Shown: positions 11,322-21,945, counted from the stretch's first letter. The stretch: 64,000 bases of DNA from Acutalibacteraceae bacterium (GCA_045593385.1 JAZNWP010000048.1:55212-119211); one strand, 5' to 3'. A program made the numbers and translations. Notes: generated by a model from the letters alone, not told the origin.

Positions 11322-11749
11322 TATTTACTCTCCTTTGTAATTGTTCCATTCATTACTCCATAAATAAGAGTTTCAAGGTCTTCAATAGCTTGATGAAGAC
11401 CCGCCTTATCATCCAATAGAAGATTATAATAAAGTTTGCTCTTTTCATCACAGAAGCGAATAAATGGGGCATTTTCATTAATTGCATCCCAAGGAATATT
11501 ATTATCATTAAGATATTTTTTAATTTTTTCGTGATCTGCGTTACAGGTATAAACAATTAGATATGCATTGAGGTGGTCTTTTGCTGCACGAATAGCACTT
11601 GCAGCACGAAAACAGCTTTTACTATAATAGGGACTTACAGTATCATCAAAGTCATAAGCGATAATTAACTGGTCTGTCTTTTGATACTGTTCTACAAGTC
11701 TTAAAAATGTATATGGTCTATAATCAACTGAAATAGCTTTTGAATTCAT
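11321..11749 (-). CDS. HAD-superfamily hydrolase-like protein
   Basis: AYDFDDTV DxD motif. Confidence 0.55.
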   Translation of the reverse strand: MNSKAISVDYRPYTFLRLVEQYQKTDQLIIAYDFDDTVSPYYSKSCFRAASAIRAAKDHLNAYLIVYTCNADHEKIKKYLNDNNIPWDAINENAPFIRFCDEKSKLYYNLLLDDKAGLHQAIEDLETLIYGVMNGTITKESK

Positions 11750-11958
11750 ATTATTATTTCCCTTTCAATATAATCATATCCGAGAACTATTAAATATCCG
11801 CATCTACAGCAACAAATTGAGCGTCGCTGTTCAAATTCGTTTTTATTCATATTGAGTTTTATATTAAACTCAACATCCAAATCTGTATATGCTAATTCTG
11901 CCTTACAGTCTGGGCATCTTATATAGGCTTCTGGTAGAGAGGTCTCAACAATTCTCAT
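11746..11958 (-). CDS. zinc-ribbon protein
   Basis: CPDC...CCCRCG. Confidence 0.4.
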   Translation of the reverse strand: MRIVETSLPEAYIRCPDCKAELAYTDLDVEFNIKLNMNKNEFEQRRSICCCRCGYLIVLGYDYIEREIII

Positions 11959-13703
11959 TAAAATCCCTCCGGATACATTCTTTCTCTGATTTCTTTAAGA
12001 GAAGTTTCTTTTACCATTTTACCATCCTTGAATACGAGTTCAAGAAGATTTTCAACACCTTCTCCGTGCGCTTCTTCAAACGTATGTCCGTCTGTATAGC
12101 TTTGACCGTCAGGAGCCACGATAATACAGCCCTTAGGAGACTTCTTCCAAGCGAGTGCTTTTGGCTGCTTGTAAATCATAACAGGATTTCCATCTTTATC
12201 TTCACCATAAGTTGCCTTAATAGCATAGCCAAATGTATCTCTTGTATAAGGTCCATATGATACATTACCATCTTCGTCGATTGTCTCAATACCCATAAAT
12301 GAGAATGAACCAACGCCAAATACAACATTGTTAATAGCATAGCCTTGAGCACTTGTTCTTTCATAGGCTTCTCTCACTCTGGAAGGAGTCATTGAGTCAC
12401 CATAAATAGCTTTTACATGAGGATTAAGAACCTTATAACCCTTTGAGTTTATTGTGTGACCGAACTGTTGATCGAGCCACCAAACCATGCCAAGGAGTTC
12501 AAGAGAGGGTTCGATTTCTTTTGTTTTAAAGCTATATGAATCAATGTAATAATAGTCACGATCAGTCCAAGCTCCTCTCTCACTACACCAATCTGGATAT
12601 ACCTTTACTTCATAGAATTTATTATCAACATGAAAATAAAGAGTGGTGTCTCCATCTATTTCATTGTCATATGCGAAATCTCTAAGCCAAGAATAAGATT
12701 CATTTTCATTTGAAAAATCAATCTCTCCATCTTCAAGCCAATAAATCTTTTTGCCAGCAATGATTTCTACAGGATCTCCGGAGTCACCACGGAAGAGGAT
12801 TGTTCCATTATGAGCAAGGATTTCGTCTTTACAAGCAGGAACTACATTAAGAAGGAAGTTGTCGTGGTCATAAGAGTCTGTAAGATATGAGAAATTATCA
12901 TTAGGATAAATTTCTGTTAATGCTCTTTTGAGGTTAGTTTCTTCATCACCGTCAATAGCATAGTTAGAAGTTACTGTTGAGTGCTCGAATGAAAGAGCTC
13001 CGTATCCAACCTCTTCTGTTTCAATATTGCAGTTATAATTGTCTTCAAGCCACATAATAGCAGGAACTGTGGCTGTGTTAAGGAAACTACAAAGCCAAGC
13101 CGCAGAAGCTTTCATTGCAGATACCTCGCAATGCTGACCTCTCATTGAGAAGTCGCCAAGCATACGTGCGGCGCGCGCGTCAGGATCGCAAGTCTTCTCA
13201 ACATATTCATCAACGATCTTTCTATATCTCTTACCAACCTCAGCCGCAATCTGAATATGCCAAATATAAGTTGAATAAAGAGTTTCAAGAGTATTTGTAA
13301 GCCAAGCAAAATCGGGATGTGTATTTACAAATACATTCTGCGGCACACCAGTCTTTGTGCTTGTGCCTTCTGGAACTGTATAAAGAGCAATCGGCAGATA
13401 GCCAAGTCTATGAAGAGCTTTGATTTTATCGGCTCTGCTTTCATCCTTTGTAAGAGTATTAATCATAACTCTCTTATAAAATCTTACAACTTCATCCTCT
13501 GAAATACTGAAAAATGCTTCATTAAATGCCTTAATGAGAATTTCTTTTGAAAATCCCTGACCACCGATATAAACAACTTCATCAATATCTTTAAGTCTAC
13601 TCATTCTGGGAGTCCCAGGAGAGTAAATTCTTGTCATTCCTGCAGGATACTGTTCTGCATGGCAGGCTTTATAAAAGTCAATAAGCAAAAGGGGATTATA
13701 CAT
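11958..13703 (-). CDS. nadV: nicotinamide phosphoribosyltransferase (NAMPT/NadV)
   Basis: LLLIDFYKACHAEQYP N-terminus and overall NAMPT-family architecture. Confidence 0.85.
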   Translation of the reverse strand: MYNPLLLIDFYKACHAEQYPAGMTRIYSPGTPRMSRLKDIDEVVYIGGQGFSKEILIKAFNEAFFSISEDEVVRFYKRVMINTLTKDESRADKIKALHRLGYLPIALYTVPEGTSTKTGVPQNVFVNTHPDFAWLTNTLETLYSTYIWHIQIAAEVGKRYRKIVDEYVEKTCDPDARAARMLGDFSMRGQHCEVSAMKASAAWLCSFLNTATVPAIMWLEDNYNCNIETEEVGYGALSFEHSTVTSNYAIDGDEETNLKRALTEIYPNDNFSYLTDSYDHDNFLLNVVPACKDEILAHNGTILFRGDSGDPVEIIAGKKIYWLEDGEIDFSNENESYSWLRDFAYDNEIDGDTTLYFHVDNKFYEVKVYPDWCSERGAWTDRDYYYIDSYSFKTKEIEPSLELLGMVWWLDQQFGHTINSKGYKVLNPHVKAIYGDSMTPSRVREAYERTSAQGYAINNVVFGVGSFSFMGIETIDEDGNVSYGPYTRDTFGYAIKATYGEDKDGNPVMIYKQPKALAWKKSPKGCIIVAPDGQSYTDGHTFEEAHGEGVENLLELVFKDGKMVKETSLKEIRERMYPEGF

Positions 13704-13707
13704 ATTA

Positions 13708-13977
13708 TTATTTTCCTTTCTTTATTTTTGCTTTTCTAATTGCTTTACTTTCTAATTTATTTGGGATATGTTCTCGAGTTGCTAACTCTTGTTTCAATTC
13801 TTTTCGATATTCACGAAGCTGTTCCCAATCACTATCTTCCCAACAATAAGGACAACCATAACGATAGGTTCTTCGTAGTTCTCCAAGAAGTTGACGAGTG
13901 TGAGCTTTTTCCATTTGCTCTCTGGTTAAAGTTGTCAATCCTTTAAAGCCGTTACAAACTATACTCATATGTATCAT
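13708..13977 (-). CDS. hypothetical protein
   Basis: ORF. Confidence 0.4.
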   Translation of the reverse strand: MIHMSIVCNGFKGLTTLTREQMEKAHTRQLLGELRRTYRYGCPYCWEDSDWEQLREYRKELKQELATREHIPNKLESKAIRKAKIKKGK

Positions 13978-14005
13978 ATCCTTTCTTTATTGATTATATA
14001 TATTG

Positions 14006-14458
14006 TCATTTTCCTTCTTGTAATCTATTTCTTATTTTTGTGAGTCTTGAACAGAACTCTTGTTTCGTTAATACTGTTTCTTGTTCTTTGGATTTTCCAA
14101 TAGAGTGAGTTAATGTTGCTTTGCCAGTGGCTAACAGAGCCTTTTGAAACCCTGTATTTTGCGCAAGGGCGTCAAATGCTCGGTCGAGCAAGTCTTGGTA
14201 TTCTTGACTATCTCGCTTAAACTCTTGACCCTGCCAGTATAAAGTTTGTGTTCTCCACCATTTCTTTTTCTTACCTTTAAACTTGGCTGCTTTACCGATA
14301 AGCTTACAAACTTCAATTTGCATATCAGGCTCTTTGAATTTAAGAGATTGCAAGAAGCCTTCCATACTAGCACATTCAACCCCGTCTATTATAAAGGGGT
14401 GAGGAGTGAAGTTTGATAGTGCAGCGGATGGCCAGCCAGTTCCGCTTCCTATATCCAT
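14006..14458 (-). CDS. hypothetical protein (GSGTGW motif)
   Basis: ORF in the NAD-salvage neighbourhood; function not recognised. Confidence 0.45.
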   Translation of the reverse strand: MDIGSGTGWPSAALSNFTPHPFIIDGVECASMEGFLQSLKFKEPDMQIEVCKLIGKAAKFKGKKKKWWRTQTLYWQGQEFKRDSQEYQDLLDRAFDALAQNTGFQKALLATGKATLTHSIGKSKEQETVLTKQEFCSRLTKIRNRLQEGK

Positions 14459-14470
14459 TATTCTACCTCC

Positions 14471-14767
14471 TTAAAAGAATAGAGTCTTTTTAATATTATA
14501 TTCATAACTTTCATATATAAATATTTTATTCATATCATTTAAAGTGAGAGTTGTTTTTACTTTAAATGTCCAACGGTCTTTATGCTTAAATTCTGCTCTT
14601 TCATCTTTCTCAAAAATAGCTCGCATCGCTTCTTTTTTATCGGTGGCATATTGAGTACATATTTTATAAACATTCTTTTTTACTTTCTTTTCTTTTGTTT
14701 TAGGTGCGGCTGCAGGCTTATGAGGAGCGAATATCATATCTTCTCTTATTATTATACGATTATCCAT
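14471..14767 (-). CDS. hypothetical basic protein
   Basis: ORF 26 nt downstream of the promoter motif. Confidence 0.45.
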   Translation of the reverse strand: MDNRIIIREDMIFAPHKPAAAPKTKEKKVKKNVYKICTQYATDKKEAMRAIFEKDERAEFKHKDRWTFKVKTTLTLNDMNKIFIYESYEYNIKKTLFF

Positions 14768-14792
14768 TTCTTATCACCTTTTATTTTTTATT

Positions 14793-14830
14793 ATATATAT
14801 ATTATAACATATTTTTTTATAAAAATCAAA
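14793..14830 (-). promoter_or_regulatory. repeated promoter motif
   Basis: tatatatattataacatatttttttataaaaatcaaa. Confidence 0.6.
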
Positions 14831-14853
14831 AAAATCCCTTTTTCAAGGGATTT
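14831..14853 (-). terminator. hairpin terminator
   Basis: aaatccctttttcaagggattt after the lipoprotein gene. Confidence 0.5.
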
Positions 14854-14859
14854 TTTTAT

Positions 14860-15432
14860 TTAACCTTTAGCGATTTCAGAATTAATTTCATCTGAGGTTT
14901 CAATTACCTCAGAAGTTTCTTCTGTTGGAGGTTCATGAGCCACAGTAAGAGAAAATCGATGTTCAACATCATTAATTACATTACCATCTTTATCAAGAAC
15001 ATTAAGAGTAAATTCAATTGTTTCAACAAGTTCAATTTGATTTTCTTCAAATTCACTCAAATTAAAAGTAATTGTTCCATTTACAATTTCATTAGCAAAA
15101 ACTTCACAAATCCAGGCTGGACTAAATTCAATTCCATTAATAACTACATTATCAACAGAAAAACTTAGAGGTTCGAGGCTTTTATTTTCAATAATAACAT
15201 TTACGCCCCAAATACCAGTATCTTCGTTTCTTTCAGCATTTTCAACTGTAAAAACAAATCTACTAGATAAAATCATTGGAAGTTCTTCGAAATAGATTTC
15301 ATTAGTATATTCTTCTTCAATGATGTCCCCTGGAGTGACATCTCCATCACTAACAAAATCTTTAGACATGTCGCAACCTACAAAACCAAGAAGTAAACCG
15401 AACATAAGTAAAATAGCATACAATCTTTTCAT
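14860..15432 (-). CDS. lipoprotein
   Basis: Signal peptide with an LGFVGC lipobox. Confidence 0.6.
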   Translation of the reverse strand: MKRLYAILLMFGLLLGFVGCDMSKDFVSDGDVTPGDIIEEEYTNEIYFEELPMILSSRFVFTVENAERNEDTGIWGVNVIIENKSLEPLSFSVDNVVINGIEFSPAWICEVFANEIVNGTITFNLSEFEENQIELVETIEFTLNVLDKDGNVINDVEHRFSLTVAHEPPTEETSEVIETSDEINSEIAKG

Positions 15433-15451
15433 TTTAAATACCTAACCTTTC

Positions 15452-16249
15452 TTAAATTAAAATAATTTTTTCATGAGGTTCTTTTGTTGAATAAATAGAA
15501 CGAGCTGAGGTAAAAATTTTCTTAACGAGGTCTGATTTAATCAATTCTCCATCAAATACTGTGTCTTCAAGATGAGATACGTAAAGATAAATGTTTTTCG
15601 CTCCTGCTTCTTTAAGAGCTTTTGCCGAATGATAAAATGTTCCACCCTTAGAACAAATATCATCAACAATTAATACATTTCTATCTTTTACATTTTCAGG
15701 ATTGATAAGATTAAAGCCTTCAATTTTACCAGTTGCCCAATCTCTTTTTTTAATACCAAATGAATAAGGCATAATAAACATATCAGAATATCTTTTCATT
15801 GCCCCTTCATCGGGATAAAACATTACAGGGTCTTCATCTTTTAATTGATTTAAAACTCGATCAATATGATAAAAAGGTCTTTCTTCATTGACATTATTTA
15901 GAAGAGCAAGAGAAACATTTGAATGAACGTCAAGAACCAAAACTTTTACAAAGCCAAGAGAATTAATTACTTCACAAAAATATTTTAAAGTAAAAACATC
16001 TGTCATTTTCTTTACTCTATCCATTCGTGCGTGCGGTACATAAGGAAGTTCAAGTTCAAAACAATTACTTTCAAACCATTGTTCAAGATGCTTCTTTACA
16101 CAAATTAAAGTAAATAATTCAGCATCATTCTCATAAATCCAAGTGATTACGATTCGAGGAGTTGTAAGAAGTGTTGGATCAACTTTTACCAAAAGAGTTT
16201 TATCCGGAAAATGATTCTGTTCTATTTCAATTCCATTAACTTTAATCAT
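15452..16249 (-). CDS. prs: ribose-phosphate pyrophosphokinase (PRPP synthetase)
   Basis: VLIVDDICSKGGT PRPP-binding motif; Prs-like throughout. Confidence 0.8.
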   Translation of the reverse strand: MIKVNGIEIEQNHFPDKTLLVKVDPTLLTTPRIVITWIYENDAELFTLICVKKHLEQWFESNCFELELPYVPHARMDRVKKMTDVFTLKYFCEVINSLGFVKVLVLDVHSNVSLALLNNVNEERPFYHIDRVLNQLKDEDPVMFYPDEGAMKRYSDMFIMPYSFGIKKRDWATGKIEGFNLINPENVKDRNVLIVDDICSKGGTFYHSAKALKEAGAKNIYLYVSHLEDTVFDGELIKSDLVKKIFTSARSIYSTKEPHEKIILI

Positions 16250-16262
16250 AATGTTGTCTCCT

Positions 16263-16877
16263 TTATATAATATTAATTTGACAAAGTTTCATAGCTTCAA
16301 GTGCGGTAGCATGAGATGCAGGAGAGACGCAAGCGCAACAATCTGCAATTACATTTACAGGAACTTCTGGAAGAGTAGCTTTTGCGAGAATCGCATTAGA
16401 GAGAACACAAATGCCAGTACAAACTCCCATTAAAGTAATTTCTTCAATATCATGATGTTCATTAATATCGTAAAGAATATTCTGCAATTCAATAGAACCA
16501 AAAGTAGTTTTTTTAACTCGAAGAGGATTCCAATCTGCTACTGGATAAACTTCATAAGGATCCATGTATTTATCTCGCACAGATACATAAGTTTCAAAAA
16601 TTTCATTCTCAATTGAATGACCAAAAGTATTTTCAATACAATGTGGAACGGGTAAATTAGCGCCTTCCAGAGTATTTAGATAATTTTCAGAGTGGGTATC
16701 TTTTGTAAAGATTACTATTGTATCAGAACTTGCAAATTGTTTAATTTTTTCAATGACTGCAGGAACAATCGCCTGTGCTTCTGGGGTTCCAAGACTACCA
16801 GTGATAAAATCATTCTGCATATCTACCACAATAAGAATTTTCATTTTTCTATCTCCTTTCTTTAACAATCCCAACAA
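16263..16877 (-). CDS. pncA: isochorismatase-family hydrolase, likely nicotinamidase
   Basis: VVDMQNDF motif; catalytic Cys region VCTGICV. Confidence 0.7.
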   Translation of the reverse strand: MLGLLKKGDRKMKILIVVDMQNDFITGSLGTPEAQAIVPAVIEKIKQFASSDTIVIFTKDTHSENYLNTLEGANLPVPHCIENTFGHSIENEIFETYVSVRDKYMDPYEVYPVADWNPLRVKKTTFGSIELQNILYDINEHHDIEEITLMGVCTGICVLSNAILAKATLPEVPVNVIADCCACVSPASHATALEAMKLCQINII

Positions 16878-17343
16878 CTATAAGAACCATACCCAACATA
16901 TTCAAAACTAGCGGATAAAAATGGGCAAGTTTCCAAAATTTGAATACGATCATTAGTATAAGTAATTAATTTAAAAAACAATTTAATACAAGCCTCTGGA
17001 TAAATCATTGGCTGTTCAATATTTTCATTAGTTAAATCAAGAATACTGGTAAGCTTGGGAATACTTTCTTTATTACAATCCCAATAAATATCTTCTTTTT
17101 GAACCATTTCATCAAATTCTTCTACAGTAAGACCTGCCTCAAAGAGAGCCTGCCAATGAATAGGTCTAAGAAAATAATCCTCGTAATCTTGTAAAAATGT
17201 AGAAAAGAAATCTTCCCCCACCACTTTTTTATGTCTTCTTGAGCATTTTTTATATCATTTATATCTGGACTAGATACCCAAACTTCACCTTTACAGCAAT
17301 GTCCATCATCCCAAACGTCTCCAAAAGGAACTCGATAAATCAT
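16862..17343 (-). pseudogene. hypothetical gene with an apparent frameshift at the C5/T6 run near 17215-17230
   Basis: ORFs 17122..17343 and 16862..17224 overlap in different frames across a cccccaccactttttt homopolymer. Confidence 0.35.
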
Positions 17344-17786
17344 TTCAAAGCCTCCATAATAACTTTATTTGCGAGTTTGCCGTCTGCGCGACCTTTAAGG
17401 GTAGGCATAAAACCTCTCATAACGGCTACTTTATTAGCCTTTATAAGATCAAGTCCTTCAAGTTCACAGAACATTACAAGTTCATGCGCAATATCTTCCG
17501 CTGAAAGCATCTGCGGAGCGATTTCCGCAATTACTGCCATTTTATTTTCATATTCTGTCAAAGTTTCAACTCTATCTTTTGGACAAGTTTCAATCATTTC
17601 TTTAATAGTTTTTTGTTCTTTTAGAATAGTTTCATCGACAAGGCTTTCAGGAATATTATCTCTACAACCTTTATCAATAGCAGACTTCTTAACTGCTCCA
17701 ATAAGAGAAGAATATACTTCTTTATGAAGTTTGTCTCCACTCTTCATGGCATCATACATTTTTTGAGTTAGAATTTCAATAGTCAT
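17340..17786 (-). CDS. GatB/YqeY-domain protein
   Basis: YqeY-like sequence over the full length. Confidence 0.7.
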   Translation of the reverse strand: MTIEILTQKMYDAMKSGDKLHKEVYSSLIGAVKKSAIDKGCRDNIPESLVDETILKEQKTIKEMIETCPKDRVETLTEYENKMAVIAEIAPQMLSAEDIAHELVMFCELEGLDLIKANKVAVMRGFMPTLKGRADGKLANKVIMEALK

Positions 17787-17812
17787 AACTTATATTCCTT
17801 TCTTTATCTTGT

Positions 17813-17848
17813 ATATATATTATATCATATTTTTTTTGAAAAATCAAA
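17813..17848 (-). promoter_or_regulatory. repeated promoter motif
   Basis: tatatatattatatcatattttttttgaaaaatcaaa. Confidence 0.6.
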
Positions 17849-17849
17849 T

Positions 17850-17872
17850 GGCTCTCTTTTATTGAGAGCCAT
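17850..17872 (-). terminator. hairpin terminator
   Basis: ggctctcttttattgagagcc after the RNA ligase gene. Confidence 0.5.
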
Positions 17873-17877
17873 AATTA

Positions 17878-19284
17878 TTATTCTTCATTCAATCCGTCTG
17901 CTTCTTCCATGTCGGGAGCGTCTGCGGTATCTTTAACGATACCTTCAAGTACTTTGAAGAAGAAGTTTTTATGTTTGTAAGCCGCGAAAGTTGGTCTATT
18001 CAAGATTCTTACAACAACACCTTCTCTAATATGAGTTTTACCAACAGGGTCAGGACCATCATAGAAGAGTTCTGCTTTATTAAGAATCCAGTCACCAGCA
18101 GAAATAGTAGGATCATTTGCTGAGCCCGGATTCTCGGGAATAAGACCAGTCCAAAAGACTGGAACACATTTTACGCCCATTTGCTCACATCTATATCTCA
18201 TGAAATCAGGAGTGTATTCTACTACATCACCATCTTCATTTGTCATAGTCATACGATATACATACATATCAGACTGAGGAACTATTGGAACTATAGCTGG
18301 CTCAGTCTGTTCATCATCCCAGTATACTTCTGGTTCACCCTCCCCGGTCGGAGAACAACCATATGAGAATACAGTTTCTTCACCATACTGTTTAGTAAAT
18401 TCTTTATCTTTTACTTTGCTATTGCTGCATTTACCCATAATAGAACCTCCATCGTGAGTAAAGCCAACAATTTCATAATAAACAGTTTCGCCTTTCAAAA
18501 GCTTACCTTCGAAATGGTCATGATACTGTTTACGGAATTCATTTGAACCATAGAACCCACCATCAAAAGTGTCGAGAACTGTTCTACGAGTACCAGACAC
18601 ATAACCCCAATCATAGATAGGAGTTCCTTCTTTACGAAGTAGTCTATCCCAAAGAGTTCTTTTAAATCCTTTGAGAACTTTTGTATGAGAAGTTCTACCA
18701 GAAGTTCCATGCATTTTGAGAGTAATTTCGATTAAATCTCCAGGTTTGAATGCGGCAAGATTGTAAGCGAGCTGCTCAGTGTCTTTATGTTCATAGAATA
18801 CAGGGGCGATTGAGCGTTTTGCTCGTCTTGCTGTCCGCTTACCTGCGCCGCCCGCAGAAGTTCTTGGATGCTTTGCTTTTGGAATATATTTCTGACAAAT
18901 CTCTTTACCATTTACAACAGTAATTTGAGTTCCTACTCCAAGAGTAGAAATATCTACACCAGTATATTCAAAGCAAGTTAAAGGAAGGAAAAGTCCATCT
19001 GATTTTTCTCCACGAAGTTTAATTGCTTTAACATTTCTCTTTTCAGGATCCATGTATCCACCAGATACATTTACACCATTTTCATATACTGCAAGAAGAC
19101 CATTAGCTTGACAGAATTCTGTTGAGAGCTGAAGATCTACCGGAAAATATACTCCAAGATCTCCATTCTTATATTTATCTTTTTGAATACAAACAGTATT
19201 CCCAAAACAAGTTCCTAAAACTAATTTATCTGCGTTTGGATGTGGTCTAATATCTTTTATTTGAGTAATATAACCGCAATGCAT
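17878..19284 (-). CDS. ATP-dependent RNA ligase with an N-terminal tRNA-binding OB domain
   Basis: N-terminus HPNADKLVLGTCFG is a Trbp111/Myf-like tRNA-binding fold. The central region has nucleotidyltransferase motif I KMHGTSG (KxHG variant as in Rnl5-type ligases). Confidence 0.7.
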   Translation of the reverse strand: MHCGYITQIKDIRPHPNADKLVLGTCFGNTVCIQKDKYKNGDLGVYFPVDLQLSTEFCQANGLLAVYENGVNVSGGYMDPEKRNVKAIKLRGEKSDGLFLPLTCFEYTGVDISTLGVGTQITVVNGKEICQKYIPKAKHPRTSAGGAGKRTARRAKRSIAPVFYEHKDTEQLAYNLAAFKPGDLIEITLKMHGTSGRTSHTKVLKGFKRTLWDRLLRKEGTPIYDWGYVSGTRRTVLDTFDGGFYGSNEFRKQYHDHFEGKLLKGETVYYEIVGFTHDGGSIMGKCSNSKVKDKEFTKQYGEETVFSYGCSPTGEGEPEVYWDDEQTEPAIVPIVPQSDMYVYRMTMTNEDGDVVEYTPDFMRYRCEQMGVKCVPVFWTGLIPENPGSANDPTISAGDWILNKAELFYDGPDPVGKTHIREGVVVRILNRPTFAAYKHKNFFFKVLEGIVKDTADAPDMEEADGLNEE

Positions 19285-19289
19285 AAATA

Positions 19290-19997
19290 TTAATTCATCC
19301 TTTCTTTTATATAGTTAAAATTTATTTTTTCGAAATCATAATACGGTATTCTTATTAAAGAAATATTATTTTCTTTAGCATATTTATTTTTAATTTCATC
19401 ATTAGCTTTTGTTCTTTTCCAATTTATTTCATCATTCCAACCATGATATTTATCTTGATCAAAATGAAGAATTCCATCATATTCAATAAAATATTTTATT
19501 TTATTATCATCAAAGATAGCAAAATCATAATAATAATTAATATTATTTAAACGAATTGGATACTCTGCTATAAAATGAATATTATTTTCTTGTAAAATAT
19601 TTTTAATTTTTTGATTGCCTCTTGATTTTATACAACCGCAACTTTTTGTATTACCATTAAGTAATAATTCTGCTGATGTATAATGAATATTTCCACAGCT
19701 GCACTAGCATTTCCATACAACAGAACCATGTTTTCTCTCTTTTGTAGGTTCTATAGCGATTAAGTTTCCAAATATCTATTGAGAAATATCTTTTGAAAAC
19801 TATTTTGATACTTGTTCTTTATGAAGACAGCCACAAGACCGAGTATTTCCATCTCGTAAAGATTTTGTTGTAACTATAATTTCATTTCCGCAATCACATT
19901 TACATTTCCAAGCTGTTCTCCCATTTTTATTTGGTGCAGCTGAAATAACAACCAATCTTTCAAAGCGCTAATTCATTAAATTTAATTTTTTTGGCAT
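19290..19997 (-). CDS. Vsr/DUF559-like endonuclease with tandem Cys-rich repeats; four in-frame TAGs
   Basis: Manual translation gives two WKCxCxCGN...SCGC repeats and a C-terminal YYDFAIFDD..IEYDGILHF endonuclease-like motif. Absent from the ORF track only because of the TAGs. Confidence 0.6.
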
Positions 19998-20091
19998 AAT
20001 ATAAAACGACCTTTCTTTATAATTAGGAATTTATTTTCCTCCGTAATATACATGCCAATTATATTATGAGAATAAATTAACTTTGACCAAT

Positions 20092-21009
20092 TTATTCTCC
20101 TTTCATCAATTCACTAATAGCATGTTCGGGATTATAATCCCAAATACAATTATATCTATTTTTATTATTTTTAATAGCTGAAAGAATTGCTCTTTCAACT
20201 TTCATAACATCTTCTGGATTTTTTGGACTTACTTGTTTAGCACAATATTTAATACACCACAATGCTGCCATATGTACATCATTAAAATATTGAACTTTAT
20301 CTGATGTATTATCAACATCTCTAGCCCTAATAATCCATTTATCTTTATTAGAATCTGTAATAGCACTCCATTTATCATATTTATCCCATTGGATAAATCT
20401 TTTTGGAGTTTTTGGAGTATTCGGTTTTTTTTGTGATGCCATCGTAAGAATTGTTTGACCATCTCTTGGATGACATTTTTTATTTAAGTTTTCTACAACG
20501 CATTTAAGCATTAAAGCATCTGTCAAAGCATCGTGTTCTTGAACAAGTTCCTCAAGATTTAAAATTAACATATATACTTTTCTTAGAGCAAAATTTTGAT
20601 TTAAACCAAAAAAGTTTTTTACAATTACAGAGTAATCAATTAAATTACCTTTAATAGCGAGAGCGCACATTATAGCTCTAGTATCGTTCATAAATCCAAC
20701 AGTATGTTCAATAAAAGATTTATCAGAATCTCCGTAAGCATAAAACTGCGGAGGATTTTTATTATTATTTAATTCTATAAAATCAAACAATCCATTAAAA
20801 GCTTCATCAGCAGTGGGCGCCTCATTAATCATTTCTTGGGTAATTCCGGTTAATTCAGTGATAAAAGGAGTTATTTTTCCTTTATTGACAGGTTTTACTA
20901 AAGATTTAAAAGTATTGCCGTTTTCACAGACACAACCAATGCTAATAATTCTATTAGAGAATTGCGTTGCTTCAAAATCTATATAAAATCGCACTTTATT
21001 CCTCCTCAA
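20092..21009 (-). CDS. DnaQ-like 3'-5' exonuclease (DEDDh)
   Basis: YIDFEAT...ITELTGIT...HDALTDA exonuclease motifs. Confidence 0.7.
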   Translation of the reverse strand: MRRNKVRFYIDFEATQFSNRIISIGCVCENGNTFKSLVKPVNKGKITPFITELTGITQEMINEAPTADEAFNGLFDFIELNNNKNPPQFYAYGDSDKSFIEHTVGFMNDTRAIMCALAIKGNLIDYSVIVKNFFGLNQNFALRKVYMLILNLEELVQEHDALTDALMLKCVVENLNKKCHPRDGQTILTMASQKKPNTPKTPKRFIQWDKYDKWSAITDSNKDKWIIRARDVDNTSDKVQYFNDVHMAALWCIKYCAKQVSPKNPEDVMKVERAILSAIKNNKNRYNCIWDYNPEHAISELMKGE

Positions 21010-21883
21010 TCGCTTCTTTTAATAAATTTGCTCTTATCGGGTTTCTTAATTTTCTCATTGCTTTTTCTTGGATTTGACGAACTCTTTCTTTAGAAATTCC
21101 ATATTCATTGCCTACCTCTTCAAGAGTATAGGCTTTATTATATCCAATACCAAATCTTTTTTTAATAATTTCAGATTCTCTTTTACCTATTGTACTAAGA
21201 ATATCATCAATTGTGGACGATGAAGATTCTTTTACAATTATATCTGCGGGATTCATTGAATGAGGGTCTGCGATCAAATCTCCGACACAAGTTTCTCCAC
21301 TATCATCAATCGGCAGATCCAAAGACGACACTGACTGAGAGGCTTCATACACAATTTGAATTTTTTCTAAATCAATATCTAAATATTCAGAAATTTCTTG
21401 AATACTAGGTTTTCTATTTAATTCAGATGTTAGTTCATTTTCAGCCTTTTTAATTTTTCTTAAAAGTTCTGAGGTATTCCCAGGAAGTCTAATAGTTCTT
21501 CCATTTTCTTCAAGAGCTCTTGAGATACTTTGTTTAATCCAATAAGTTGCATAAGTAGAAAAACGGAATCCTTTAGAACCATCGTATTTTTTTGCGGCTT
21601 TCATTAATCCAAGATTTCCTTCTTGAATTAAATCAAGAAAAGGAATACCTGTTCCAATATATTTTTTAGCAACTGATACCACTAACAAAAGATTACATTC
21701 TACTAACTTATTAATAGCCTGCTTATCTCCATTAAGAGCCTTTTTACTAAGAGCTTTTTCTTCTTCAAAGGAGAGTCTCGGATGATTAGTAATAGAATTA
21801 AGATAAAGTTTTAAGCTATCAGTAATAATTTCTTTAGTATTATCAGTTTCAGTCTCTGCTGTAAAATTAAAAATATCTTCCAA
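20996..21883 (-). CDS. sigma-70 family RNA polymerase sigma factor
   Basis: Regions 2-4 are recognisable (LIQEGNLGLMKAAKKYD; C-terminal HTH TLEEVGNEYGISKERVRQIQ). Confidence 0.85.
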   Translation of the reverse strand: MEDIFNFTAETETDNTKEIITDSLKLYLNSITNHPRLSFEEEKALSKKALNGDKQAINKLVECNLLLVVSVAKKYIGTGIPFLDLIQEGNLGLMKAAKKYDGSKGFRFSTYATYWIKQSISRALEENGRTIRLPGNTSELLRKIKKAENELTSELNRKPSIQEISEYLDIDLEKIQIVYEASQSVSSLDLPIDDSGETCVGDLIADPHSMNPADIIVKESSSSTIDDILSTIGKRESEIIKKRFGIGYNKAYTLEEVGNEYGISKERVRQIQEKAMRKLRNPIRANLLKEAIEEE

Positions 21884-21905
21884 AATCTTTTCTCCTTTTT
21901 ATTTT

Positions 21906-21942
21906 CTATATATATTATAACATATTTTTTTAAAAAAATCAA
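21906..21942 (-). promoter_or_regulatory. repeated promoter motif
   Basis: tatatatattataacatatttttttaaaaaaatcaaa upstream of the sigma-factor gene. Confidence 0.6.
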
Positions 21943-21945
21943 AAA

